Below, one piece after another: positions 8,308-17,444 of a stretch of DNA of 34,136 nt (its first letter is position 1; each line of letters opens with the position of its first letter). Where the stretch lies: positions 1 to 34,136 of IMG/VR virus record IMGVR_UViG_3300033067_001496; one strand, given 5' to 3'. The notes under the pieces were generated by a model that was given only the letters and a program-made list of their open reading frames with translations, did no database searches and was not told the origin of the DNA. The DNA is from a virus. Taxonomy: Duplodnaviria; Caudoviricetes. The position numbers and the translations under genes are program-made.

Positions 8308-9345
8308 TTAGAAGCTAAGTCCACCAGATAGTAACGCTGATTGAGCATCTAGCCCCTGTTTTTTCCGTGGATCTTCCGTTAACCCCACTTGTCGAGGGTT
8401 AAGTCCCTGAGATGTGGGTATTAACACATTATTAGTAAAATCCATGTAGTTAAAATCAGGGTTTTTATAAGCTTCTAATTGGCCAGCTTCCTGCAAAAGT
8501 TGGAGTTTTTGAGCATCAACCTTAGCTTTAATTGTTCCTTGAGCCTGTCTGATTTCAGCAATCCTTTGGGACAAAGCGGCATTTGCTGCGTTAATGGCAT
8601 CCGTGCGTTGTCGATCACTAAACCGCATATCATTTTGAATATTACCTTTTAGAGTTTCGTATTGATTTTTTAATGTATTTAAAAGATTTGTATGTTCACT
8701 GGTCTTTTGATTCAAAAAGTCATCAAGCTGATTTGTTCTATCTTGATACGCTTGTACGTAATCCGCACGAATCTTCCCAAACTCATTGATAGGTTTGCTA
8801 AGTAATTCCCCTGCAGCACTGGAATTTAATATTCCTAATGCTCGAAGTGTATTTCTATTAGATCTCTGCGCTGACTGCGCTGCAGCTCCAGCTTGTTCTA
8901 TATTTTTGTCTCGTGCCTGTTCTGCTCCGACTTTCTGTTGACCCACCTGACTCTGGATACCTTGAAAATCCGTATTTGCCTGATCGATTCCTGTATTATA
9001 GTCACCTGTAAGTGAATTTAATTGGTTATTTCCCTGAGCTTGAAGGTAATCGAATTGATTATTTAATGCTGATAGTTCAGAAGCGTTATTCGGAATGGGT
9101 GTACTTGTTGTAGGGTTTGATGTCCTTGCAACAGGAGCCTGTATTTGAGCAGACAAAACATCCCCCCCTGTAGTTAGAGAGGCTGGTCTCGTTCCTGTTA
9201 ATCCACCACTATTGTACGCTTGATTTACGTTCAAAGGAGATGCATTTCCGAATGAATACTGACTTAGTTGACCTGATTGTGCAGAAGAGGGATTATATAA
9301 TGATAAACCTCCTGAGCTTAATAGTTTGCTGTAGTCTAATGCCAT
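8308..9345 (-). CDS. Coiled-coil internal virion (ejection) protein
   Basis: Q/N/A-rich helical 345 aa with RALGILNSS motif; precedes the large internal protein. Confidence 0.6.
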   Translation of the reverse strand: MALDYSKLLSSGGLSLYNPSSAQSGQLSQYSFGNASPLNVNQAYNSGGLTGTRPASLTTGGDVLSAQIQAPVARTSNPTTSTPIPNNASELSALNNQFDYLQAQGNNQLNSLTGDYNTGIDQANTDFQGIQSQVGQQKVGAEQARDKNIEQAGAAAQSAQRSNRNTLRALGILNSSAAGELLSKPINEFGKIRADYVQAYQDRTNQLDDFLNQKTSEHTNLLNTLKNQYETLKGNIQNDMRFSDRQRTDAINAANAALSQRIAEIRQAQGTIKAKVDAQKLQLLQEAGQLEAYKNPDFNYMDFTNNVLIPTSQGLNPRQVGLTEDPRKKQGLDAQSALLSGGLSF

Positions 9346-9346
9346 A

Positions 9347-9355
9347 TGCTATAAT
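9347..9355 (+). promoter_or_regulatory. Extended -10 promoter for the CAP gene
   Basis: TGCTATAAT 9 nt upstream of ATG 9365; near-leaderless arrangement. Confidence 0.6.
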
Positions 9356-9364
9356 CCTATAGTA

Positions 9365-9835
9365 ATGAAATACTTTATTATATTTTTTCTTATTTTTGCT
9401 TGTATTGGAACATATATATACTTTTCACAGAAAATCGCTGCTGTGAACAAAAGTATTAAATATGTGGAATCAATTCCGACTCCTACTCCCGTATTTCTAA
9501 ACGCTGAAAAACTTATGAAACAGGTCAATGACTGGCGTGTTACACAAGGTCTTCATCAATATTTGATTAGTGACCAGCTATGTGAAATTGCAAATAAAAG
9601 AATCCCAGAAATCAGACAGGCTTATGGTCATGATAAGTTTGCCATCGACTATAAACACTTTCCTTACAAGATTTCTGAAAACCTTATGCAAGGGGGAATA
9701 GATGAAAAACAAACGCTAGACGCTTGGTTAGGATCTAAACCGCATAAAGAGACGCTTATGAAAGACTATAAGTTTACCTGCATTGCTACAGATGGAACGA
9801 ATGTCGTTCAAATATTTTCTTCTCTTGGTCAATAA
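9365..9835 (+). CDS. Membrane-anchored CAP/SCP-domain protein
   Basis: N-terminal TM, PTPTP linker, VNDWR..GL, SENL, W.GS.PH..L motifs. Confidence 0.85.
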   Translation: MKYFIIFFLIFACIGTYIYFSQKIAAVNKSIKYVESIPTPTPVFLNAEKLMKQVNDWRVTQGLHQYLISDQLCEIANKRIPEIRQAYGHDKFAIDYKHFPYKISENLMQGGIDEKQTLDAWLGSKPHKETLMKDYKFTCIATDGTNVVQIFSSLGQ

Positions 9836-9848
9836 TTTAATGTGCATT

Positions 9849-9929
9849 AAAAAACCACCATCTCTGGTGGCTTGCGTATTTAGTACGATCAGCTTTACTT
9901 GATTAAATCATTCTATTGCTTATAGTCAA
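9849..9929 (-). promoter_or_regulatory. Promoter plus attenuator leader, copy E
   Basis: TTGACTATAAG..AGCT-GAT-CGTACTAAATACG-CA-AGCCACCA-GAGA-TGGTGG-T6. Confidence 0.8.
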
Positions 9930-9944
9930 GCATTAATGAATACA

Positions 9945-11411
9945 CTAAATAACTGTACGAGATTTAAGGGGAACAATAGTAGAATATGCGGCCCCCGTTA
10001 TGGTTCCGGTATTCCCTAGACCTGATGAATCTGTTGCGGTGGTTCCTGATCCCTCATCTAGTTTATGATATGTAACTAGTCCTGATGTTGGAACGATTCC
10101 TTTATAGTAAAGATCTGAGACCTCTGTAGAACTTAATGCTCTAGACCATGAAATACATTCGTCCAAACTTCCAGTATGCGATCCTGCTGTGGTGTTCCGT
10201 TTTAAACATCCCCATGTCGTCAAATTGAATGTATATGGCGTTGCCTGTAGAGCGAATGTCTGAGTTGTATCTACACCATTGCAATATACTTTGACTGCCC
10301 CTGCGTTAGATGTGATAGTTATATGTTGCCATACACCAGCTTTTAAAAAATCAACTGTACCTGCCTGATCTCCTCCTGTATTTGCATCATTTTTATTAAA
10401 ACAATTCATCTTCCCTGCAGTTCCAATGTGAAATGCAATTATTTGAATAGCATTTGTACTGTTTGCCTCACTAAAGAAATACGTTCCTACGCTGAAATCT
10501 CTTATGTATGACCAGAAGCTTAACGTGAAAGTAGTCGATGCAGTAACGGGAAGTCCAGATGTCTGGGCAACGTCTATTCTATCTGTAGTATTACTCGCAA
10601 ATTTTAAACAAGTACCCATGTCTCGAACTAAAAATTTATTTGTGACTGCATTTCTTGGTTTAAATGCAACAAGAGATGAATATGTGGCTCCGGTAATTGT
10701 ACCTGTAAATCCGTTGCCAGAAGCGTCTGTTGTAGAAGAACCAGAGCCTTCATCAAATTCGTAGCTCAGAAAGATATTTGACGTGGGTGGAGCAGTCAGA
10801 TATGCGTTTAATACTTCTAATGACGATAGCCCTGTTGTATACAGTCTGAATTTATCTAAATATCCATTAAAAAATGTACCATTTGTGCCTTTGAAATTGA
10901 CAGCTCCTATAGCAAATGGAAATTCAAAATTAGAGAATGTAGACGGGGATTCAGATAAACTTGCAGTGATTGAAACTGATGCACCATCAAAATACAATAA
11001 TGCTGTATTAGTAGAGGGTGTAATAACTATAGCCACAAAATGCCATTTGTTATCATTAATATTTAAAGAGGATGTTGAAGCGAATTTGTAATTTTTAGCA
11101 TCCTGAGATCGAACGAATACACCTAAATATCCCTGAGTAAGTGTGTGTGAAGAGTCTGAATTTAGACGTACCCAGAACGCCGTTGGATTAGCCCCTCCGG
11201 TATTGTTCGCTTCTCCGCAGATTATGTCCTGTGTCGTTGATCCTGTCTTTATCCAAAAAGAAATAGTAAACGTAGACGCTAAATAAGTACTACCAAAAGA
11301 AGATAATGTGGTGGCTGCCACTACGTCTGAAGTTCCATTAAACTTAAGACAGGTTCCAAAATCCCGTATCAGAAGTCTTTGTGTATTTGTTGATGATCGG
11401 ATATCTATCAT
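9945..11411 (-). CDS. Tandem LamG/ConA-like virion protein
   Basis: Two repeats, each starting RD(F/M)GTCLKF, with FT(I/L)SFW and W.(F/H) motifs, ending DEGSG..TD.SG.G.TGTITGA.YS. Confidence 0.85.
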   Translation of the reverse strand: MIDIRSSTNTQRLLIRDFGTCLKFNGTSDVVAATTLSSFGSTYLASTFTISFWIKTGSTTQDIICGEANNTGGANPTAFWVRLNSDSSHTLTQGYLGVFVRSQDAKNYKFASTSSLNINDNKWHFVAIVITPSTNTALLYFDGASVSITASLSESPSTFSNFEFPFAIGAVNFKGTNGTFFNGYLDKFRLYTTGLSSLEVLNAYLTAPPTSNIFLSYEFDEGSGSSTTDASGNGFTGTITGATYSSLVAFKPRNAVTNKFLVRDMGTCLKFASNTTDRIDVAQTSGLPVTASTTFTLSFWSYIRDFSVGTYFFSEANSTNAIQIIAFHIGTAGKMNCFNKNDANTGGDQAGTVDFLKAGVWQHITITSNAGAVKVYCNGVDTTQTFALQATPYTFNLTTWGCLKRNTTAGSHTGSLDECISWSRALSSTEVSDLYYKGIVPTSGLVTYHKLDEGSGTTATDSSGLGNTGTITGAAYSTIVPLKSRTVI

Positions 11412-11413
11412 AG

Positions 11414-12646
11414 TTATGGATAACTTTTAAATGCAAAATCTACCGGTGCTGTATAAGATGTATATAAGTTACCCGTTGTTGTGGGTGTACCAAAGCTCCA
11501 TATTAATTTCATAGAAGAATGACCGTTCACGACTAACGTAGATTTGACATTTACTTTTGTAGATGTACCATCTGTAGTGATTGTTTCTGCAAGGCTCCAT
11601 GTCTGACCTGTATCGATAGATCGATATCTCACAATATTCCCACCCTGCCAAGTTGATGGGTTTGTCCCTATTTGTGCGTAAATATCAATAACTGAATCGC
11701 TAATAACATCCATCTTTAATTCATCAAATTGGTATCTTGTAGCTGAAGAAACAGTCACCGGAGAAGTCCAAGCAGAACCGTTATAGCGAAGAAATTGTAT
11801 ATTTTTATTTGAGTTTAAATTCCATGCTAAATAAGGACGGTTATTAGAATCTAGTTTCATGTCGCCTGGAAAAGCTCCTGTAGCTTCAAGGGTTTCTAAA
11901 TTTGTTTCATCAACAGGTAGGCTGTATGTAGTCCCGTCGGCTTTTTTCCATGTAGTACCACCATCAAGACTCTTCATATAGCAGGAATTTCCAAAAGGAT
12001 CAGTTGGTTGAGCTAATGATGGTCGATAATTAACTATTATATGTATAGAAGGAGGTGTTTCGGTACCAATTCCAACCCCATACACATAAGGGGTATTTCC
12101 AGCTGCAGAAGCATTTAATCTCGTATTACTTGTCCATGTAGCGCCACTATCAGTACTTTTGACTATATATGTTCCTAAAGGTGATGTACTTCTATAGATT
12201 ACATATATAGTGTTATCGGGCATCACAAATGGCATAGGGTACGTAGCTGAAGTTGCCCCAGTCACGTTAGTTTTACTTCCCCAAGAAGTTACGTCGTAAG
12301 CACGTGTAGATTTTCTAAAAAATAATTGGTTGGTATGACACCCATAAAATACATATAGATATCCGTTGTTATCTATACACATGTATGGCCCGTTATGGTC
12401 GATGTCTGCAGGACTACTATAGTCTGATTTAGACCCTACTTGATAAGCTATTCCTGCAGAAGATCCTCCAGCGCTGTTAATATCAGCTATCATTACATTC
12501 CCCCCAGCATCAGTCCAAGGGAAATATGTATGTCCATTTTTATATACTGCTGCTGGATATGAACCTGTAGCACAGGCACGAATATCTGGATTTGAGTAGA
12601 CTAATCCGTTGGTATATCGGGTTGATCCGATTAATTGCCGCGCCAT
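11414..12646 (-). CDS. BNR/Asp-box beta-propeller protein (sialidase-like fold)
   Basis: Asp boxes STDSGATW, SLDGGTTW, SIDTGQTW; DHNGP..ID..GYLYVFYGCH and ATYP motifs (BNR_4-like). Confidence 0.8.
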   Translation of the reverse strand: MARQLIGSTRYTNGLVYSNPDIRACATGSYPAAVYKNGHTYFPWTDAGGNVMIADINSAGGSSAGIAYQVGSKSDYSSPADIDHNGPYMCIDNNGYLYVFYGCHTNQLFFRKSTRAYDVTSWGSKTNVTGATSATYPMPFVMPDNTIYVIYRSTSPLGTYIVKSTDSGATWTSNTRLNASAAGNTPYVYGVGIGTETPPSIHIIVNYRPSLAQPTDPFGNSCYMKSLDGGTTWKKADGTTYSLPVDETNLETLEATGAFPGDMKLDSNNRPYLAWNLNSNKNIQFLRYNGSAWTSPVTVSSATRYQFDELKMDVISDSVIDIYAQIGTNPSTWQGGNIVRYRSIDTGQTWSLAETITTDGTSTKVNVKSTLVVNGHSSMKLIWSFGTPTTTGNLYTSYTAPVDFAFKSYP

Positions 12647-12647
12647 G

Positions 12648-12905
12648 TTAAACCTCCTCTTTTACTTTGGGGGAAATGGTAAATTTTTTATTGAGGCTAA
12701 TGCTTTTTACATCTGGAGATTCTTTTTCTACTTTACGAAGTGGTTCATAATCTTTTAACCAGTTAGTTACATCACTAATTATTGATTCCTGATCAGTACC
12801 TGAAACCATCATTCTTTTATCGTAAACCTCGCCATCGTCAAAAGTTACTGTGATGGCAATCCAGTTTTGTTCTTTATTTACTTCTTTTACTTTAAAACTT
12901 GTCAT
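12648..12905 (-). CDS. Hypothetical protein in the tail module
   Basis: 85 aa, SD AAGGAG. Confidence 0.65.
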   Translation of the reverse strand: MTSFKVKEVNKEQNWIAITVTFDDGEVYDKRMMVSGTDQESIISDVTNWLKDYEPLRKVEKESPDVKSISLNKKFTISPKVKEEV

Positions 12906-12914
12906 AGTTTCTCC

Positions 12915-13460
12915 TTATCTATATGAACAACTAACGTTTACATCTGCTGTAGTTGTGAATCCAATGTAAATTCCCGTTGCCATGACATAATCTAAAACAA
13001 CAGAAAAAGGCATAAATGGGGTTGTAGTAAAAGTGTGATTGAAAACCTGCGTTCCTGACTCGGCGGTGTTGTCATAAATTATTATTGAACCTGCTGTAGG
13101 AGCGGCATCATTACATGAAATAGTCACGGTATGAAGAAATCCCGCAGAAGATTTCACTTGAGCGTCTGCTGTTATTACTGACTTATATGAGTACTGAGCT
13201 TCTACTTTAGCTACGCCATTTGTATTGTCTTCATATAATGGCTGGTATGTTTCTCGTACTTTTGTATTTCCATTAACATCAAACTGTACGGAAGTAGTCC
13301 CGCCATCTGCTAAAGTCGGCGGTGTTGCGTTGTATTTTCCTCCTCCACCTACTGACGTCCCATCCGGATTTACGACAACTAATCCCGCCTGCCCTGTGGT
13401 AGTAGTACTCTCTTTGACTAATAACGCTTCTCTTTCAGCTGAATTTAGTGGTAATGACAT
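12915..13460 (-). CDS. Putative virion structural protein
   Basis: Thr-rich, beta-rich C domain (VKSSAGFLHTVTI..IYDNT..TGIY); follows leader C. Confidence 0.6.
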   Translation of the reverse strand: MSLPLNSAEREALLVKESTTTTGQAGLVVVNPDGTSVGGGGKYNATPPTLADGGTTSVQFDVNGNTKVRETYQPLYEDNTNGVAKVEAQYSYKSVITADAQVKSSAGFLHTVTISCNDAAPTAGSIIIYDNTAESGTQVFNHTFTTTPFMPFSVVLDYVMATGIYIGFTTTADVNVSCSYR

Positions 13461-13462
13461 AT

Positions 13463-13550
13463 AAAAAAAGACAGCCTGTATGGCTGCCCTGCGTTTTAAA
13501 ACGAACGGACTATATTAAGGGTAGAGTAGTATAAAGAGAGTTAAAGTCAA
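13463..13550 (-). promoter_or_regulatory. Promoter plus attenuator leader, copy C
   Basis: TTGACTTTAAC, 16-bp spacer to TACTCT; GTCC-GTT-CGTTTTAAAACG-CA-GGGCAGCC-ATACA-GGCTGTC-T7-AT-ATG. Confidence 0.9.
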
Positions 13551-13553
13551 ATA

Positions 13554-13907
13554 TTAAAATGTGAACCAATTCGATCCATTTGAGTATATTGAGACTGACG
13601 CATATGCAGTACTTAATAACACCTCGGTAGCTCCATCAATTTTCTCTGATCCAGCGGGACGAATATATATACTTTTACCTAACAAATTAGAATATTCCAC
13701 CTTAAATATATAGACCTTTCCAACTGCTATGGTTGCAATAGGAGGGAGAGTAAAAAATAGATCGTCAGTATTTTCTGTTACCGCGACTAGTGTATCCGTT
13801 TCTAAGACATCATAGTCCTGATCATGAACAGAGGTACGATTCAGATTGAAATCTGCAGAGGTATCCTTCGTTCGCAATTTGCCTAATATAGGATCGTATT
13901 TAATCAT
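13554..13907 (-). CDS. Small tail-fibre-like domain protein
   Basis: FTLPP..GKVYIFK..EKIDG..S.YSNGSNW module typical of fibre/decoration proteins. Confidence 0.6.
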   Translation of the reverse strand: MIKYDPILGKLRTKDTSADFNLNRTSVHDQDYDVLETDTLVAVTENTDDLFFTLPPIATIAVGKVYIFKVEYSNLLGKSIYIRPAGSEKIDGATEVLLSTAYASVSIYSNGSNWFTF

Positions 13908-13908
13908 A

Positions 13909-14247
13909 TTAGCTATATGTCAATGCTGTTAGGTCTGAGGCTACATTGTCAAAATTAGAGTTACCATCACACCACGTGATTACTGTTCCGGTTGTTTCAT
14001 CTATTTTTTTGCATTGCCATTTATTATCAGATTGAGAAGTGCCAGGTGCAGCTATCGCGACATAGGTCACACTCCCTACAACAGTCATTTTCAAAGCTAC
14101 AGTATCGGATACGCTACGGGTAGCGTTTACACCATCGTATCCCACTACCTGAACTACTAGTGTCTGAAGATCATCGTCAAAACTTTGATTAAGAATGTGC
14201 TCTTTAGAAAATTTTTTCACTTCCCCTGTTTTTGTGTTTACTGCCAT
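13909..14247 (-). CDS. Hypothetical structural protein
   Basis: 112 aa, YVAIAAPG..WQCKKI; coupled within the tail operon. Confidence 0.55.
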   Translation of the reverse strand: MAVNTKTGEVKKFSKEHILNQSFDDDLQTLVVQVVGYDGVNATRSVSDTVALKMTVVGSVTYVAIAAPGTSQSDNKWQCKKIDETTGTVITWCDGNSNFDNVASDLTALTYS

Positions 14248-14756
14248 ACAGATCGCCTCTCCATTTCTTCAAATACCATTCGATTCATTTCAAGACTCGA
14301 CTTTGCTTTTCCTAGTTTCATAAACATTCTTCTTTTTTCTTCAGGGTTTCGGATAAATGATAGCTGTTTCCATGCCTGTATAACGCCACCTATTCTATCT
14401 AAAACAACATGCGGATCTGCCTCCTGATCCAGACCCATATCAAATTTAATATCATCAAGTACTCTTTTAAATGAGGACGTGGTAGGAGACAATCCTTTTT
14501 GTTTAATGATGTCCTTTAAATAGAATTTAACCTCCTGATGTTTTTCTTTATCTTCAGATGGCATGTTTTCTACCTCATCATCAATACCCATGCTTGAAAG
14601 TAAAATATCTTTACCACTGTCTTCAAATACCTCTATGGGTTCTGTTCCTAAGAATCCCTCTGCTGGAGCAACATCGTTTTTCTGGGAGTCTGATCCATCA
14701 GCCATTGGCAACGGTATTGATGGCTCTGGGACTGATCTGAATATGGTATCTGTCAT
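14238..14756 (-). CDS. Hypothetical protein
   Basis: 172 aa, SD GGAGG, ATGA overlap with the nozzle stop. Confidence 0.7.
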   Translation of the reverse strand: MTDTIFRSVPEPSIPLPMADGSDSQKNDVAPAEGFLGTEPIEVFEDSGKDILLSSMGIDDEVENMPSEDKEKHQEVKFYLKDIIKQKGLSPTTSSFKRVLDDIKFDMGLDQEADPHVVLDRIGGVIQAWKQLSFIRNPEEKRRMFMKLGKAKSSLEMNRMVFEEMERRSVWQ

Positions 14757-16666
14757 ACTACCTCCTCTGATTCATAATAGTGTCTACTCTTCGGCTTGGC
14801 CTCAAGCACTACTCCTAGCAAAGTGAATGATGCACTTGTGCCGTTGTTATCAAACTCCATGAGAAAGCTCCGACCTAATAAATTCACATTTTTTAAACGT
14901 CTTACAATGTTATTGTCTTGTTCAGATACACCAGTTCCATAGGATTCACCTAATAAAAAATCTTTAAAAGTATAATGTTTAAAGTTTATAGATGGAGAAA
15001 TTGTTCCAATGTTAGACGTGTATTCTGTAGTTACTCCATCCTTAATAATGCGGGCTATAATTGTCCCTGTAGGGCGACGAAGCATAACATGAATATTTTT
15101 AAGTGTTTTATAGCGCTCTAATTCTCCAAATGATTCAGCTTTTATCCTAAAATATCCACGTATAGCTGTACCAAAATCATCTGTACCAGATAAAATCTGT
15201 TTTACATACCCACTGGAATCATCCCCATAAAGGTAGTTATTATTTCCTGACGTGTCTTTGTATGTAGCCCAGCAGTTCGCTTGTATGTTCGACCACTTAT
15301 ACCATCCCAAACGCTCTCTATCGTATACAAGAGCTTTACTATTGGTCGTAGCTCCACTGGGAGTATATGCGAATATGACAAGATTTTTGTCTTGATCAGA
15401 GACATATGTTGCAGAAATATTCATTAAATACGCTCTATCAATTGTTTCGTATACAGATCTTACTCTGGAAGAAAGTTCGTTAGTTCTTAAAACGTCAAAG
15501 GCAAATCCTGCCTCATTCCCAACAGTGAATATTCCTCTATCTGATGCAAAAAAAATGTCATTTTCAACTGCAACAACTGATCTATGAGATATACATCCAA
15601 TAGATGGAGATACTTGTTCAATAGATGGAATACCAGCTGTGGTAAAACTGAATTGGTAAAAACTGCGCTCTTTAAATACTAATAAACTGTTTTTGAATAC
15701 TTTTAATGCAGTACCTATCTGACCATCATTTTTACTAACATCGATAAATCCTCCCCCATTGCTTACGGTAAAATCATTAATTTTGTCACCACCTCCGGAA
15801 TAATACATACGGGATGGATTGTCGGGATCGCCTAAAATAAATAATGAGTCTTTGTAAACTTCTAAATATTTTCCTCTCGGTCCATCTGTTTGATTTGCTT
15901 CTGCGGGTGGGAATGTTTCATCTGGGGTGACTGTTCCTTTATCTACGTAGGTAACAGACCCATTTCCATCAACATATGTGATAAAAAACCAGGAGCCGTC
16001 TCTTCTTCCAAATACGTTATATCCAATAGCATTCGTTACAGCAGTCCATGAAACAGTCATGTAGCTGGTATTATCGAGAGTTGATTGATTGAGGGTAGTA
16101 GAACCTGCGGGTGATGGCGCTGATCTTCCTACAGCTGTTACGGCCTCTATTTTGTATGAAAATGTATAAGTTCCTGCTGTTCCTGTTCTTGTTACTGTGG
16201 GAACGAGTGGATCAGAAATAGCAATAAATGACTGGATTGCTGATCCATCATAATATGTTAGTGGATCAGTTCCATTGCCAAGGTACATTCGGTCGTACGC
16301 CATGACTCCATTAGCATTTAATCCAGTTGTGTATGTGTATCCGGATACGTTATCAAAATCTCCTGTAGAAGAGTTATATACCTGAAGTGCTGTACCGCAC
16401 ATTCTTAGTAGTTTTCTTGTTCCGTCAGAGTTGTAGTAAGGAAATAGTCCAGTTACTTGAGATCCATTCGAGTTTCCAAAATACGTTTGTCCATCTCTAG
16501 GGCATTGGACTTTACCGTCTTCTACAAGTTGAATATCCTGAGCCTCTGATAGCTCATCAGGTCTGATTTGTGTACTTGATACAGTAGTATTAAGCCCTCG
16601 AATGAACTTCTCCATTCTAGCTGTAACAGTAGTATCTTTAAATCTGGGGCGTGGATATTGACGCAT
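14753..16666 (-). CDS. Tail nozzle (tail tubular B / P22 gp10-like)
   Basis: GLNT N-terminal motif, propeller-like repeats (RMYYS, LLVFKE, IGCIS..SVV..NDIFF), Fn3-like insert, follows the adaptor. Confidence 0.75.
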   Translation of the reverse strand: MRQYPRPRFKDTTVTARMEKFIRGLNTTVSSTQIRPDELSEAQDIQLVEDGKVQCPRDGQTYFGNSNGSQVTGLFPYYNSDGTRKLLRMCGTALQVYNSSTGDFDNVSGYTYTTGLNANGVMAYDRMYLGNGTDPLTYYDGSAIQSFIAISDPLVPTVTRTGTAGTYTFSYKIEAVTAVGRSAPSPAGSTTLNQSTLDNTSYMTVSWTAVTNAIGYNVFGRRDGSWFFITYVDGNGSVTYVDKGTVTPDETFPPAEANQTDGPRGKYLEVYKDSLFILGDPDNPSRMYYSGGGDKINDFTVSNGGGFIDVSKNDGQIGTALKVFKNSLLVFKERSFYQFSFTTAGIPSIEQVSPSIGCISHRSVVAVENDIFFASDRGIFTVGNEAGFAFDVLRTNELSSRVRSVYETIDRAYLMNISATYVSDQDKNLVIFAYTPSGATTNSKALVYDRERLGWYKWSNIQANCWATYKDTSGNNNYLYGDDSSGYVKQILSGTDDFGTAIRGYFRIKAESFGELERYKTLKNIHVMLRRPTGTIIARIIKDGVTTEYTSNIGTISPSINFKHYTFKDFLLGESYGTGVSEQDNNIVRRLKNVNLLGRSFLMEFDNNGTSASFTLLGVVLEAKPKSRHYYESEEVV

Positions 16667-16667
16667 A

Positions 16668-17357
16668 CTAATATGAACCTATACCTCGTGATCTAATGGA
16701 GTTTTCCTGTGTGCCCATGGTAATTATTTGACCTACGGCCGGAGCTTCCTCAATTCCTTCCTGTGTTCCTATAAGAGCTTCAGCTTTACCCAGCACATCG
16801 AGAACTTTTTCATCTTCTTCTTCGGACTCGTACATTTCTGCTAAAGCAAGATAAGCGACAATATTGATGTCTGGAGTTATGATTGGGTCGGTTGTAGCTG
16901 TTCGAGTAGGTGGCACCCAAAAGTAAGAATACGTAATAACCTCAGAATCAGCGGGGACAGGATTTATTTTAATTTTCCATGCGTCATTTGCAGCGTCATA
17001 CCACTGCGTTGCTATTCTGCTCCAAGTGTTTCTGTTATATTCATTTTTAAATGCGGTATACCCGATAATTCTTGTTCGTTTATCTTCTGTTGTTCCACCC
17101 ACAAATATCTCAGAAAGGCCTTTTTCTCTCATAGGATAGGAAGTACTGCCAACTGAAAATGATGAAGAGCTTCCATCACCAGTAGTTGTTTGATCTATGA
17201 GAAGGAATAAATTCCAGAATTTACGTAAGGCAAAGTCCTGTTCAGCTTTAGAAACCGCACGAATTCTAGAGGCATCAGAATTGACGGAAGATTCCCCTCG
17301 TTTGTCGGCGATAACCTGTAATACATCCTGAACAGTTTTTTTGTAGTTTGTAGCCAT
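16668..17357 (-). CDS. Head-tail adaptor (tail tubular A-like)
   Basis: Helical N-terminus, I.PVP..ITYSY beta region, IVAYLALA helix; synteny. Confidence 0.7.
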   Translation of the reverse strand: MATNYKKTVQDVLQVIADKRGESSVNSDASRIRAVSKAEQDFALRKFWNLFLLIDQTTTGDGSSSSFSVGSTSYPMREKGLSEIFVGGTTEDKRTRIIGYTAFKNEYNRNTWSRIATQWYDAANDAWKIKINPVPADSEVITYSYFWVPPTRTATTDPIITPDINIVAYLALAEMYESEEEDEKVLDVLGKAEALIGTQEGIEEAPAVGQIITMGTQENSIRSRGIGSY

Positions 17358-17444
17358 AAAAAAAGACGGCTTCTTTCGAAGTCGCCTGCGTATATATACG
17401 AACGGTGATTATATTGACCGTACCAAATAGTTAGTTAAAGTCAA
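17358..17444 (-). promoter_or_regulatory. Promoter plus attenuator leader, copy B
   Basis: TTGACTTTAAC, 16-bp spacer, TGG-TACGGT; TCACC-GTT-CGTATATATACG-CA-GGCGACTTC-GAAA-GAAGCCGTC-T7-ATG. Confidence 0.9.

Noticed and set aside
9945-11411. Diversity-generating retroelement template/variable repeat
   Set aside because: The duplication is a diverged protein-level repeat; no reverse transcriptase or adenine-specific repeat pair seen in the window
13492-17400. Perfect palindromes CGTTTTAAAACG and CGTATATATACG as DNA operators
   Set aside because: Sequence varies between copies while pairing is kept, which favours an RNA stem
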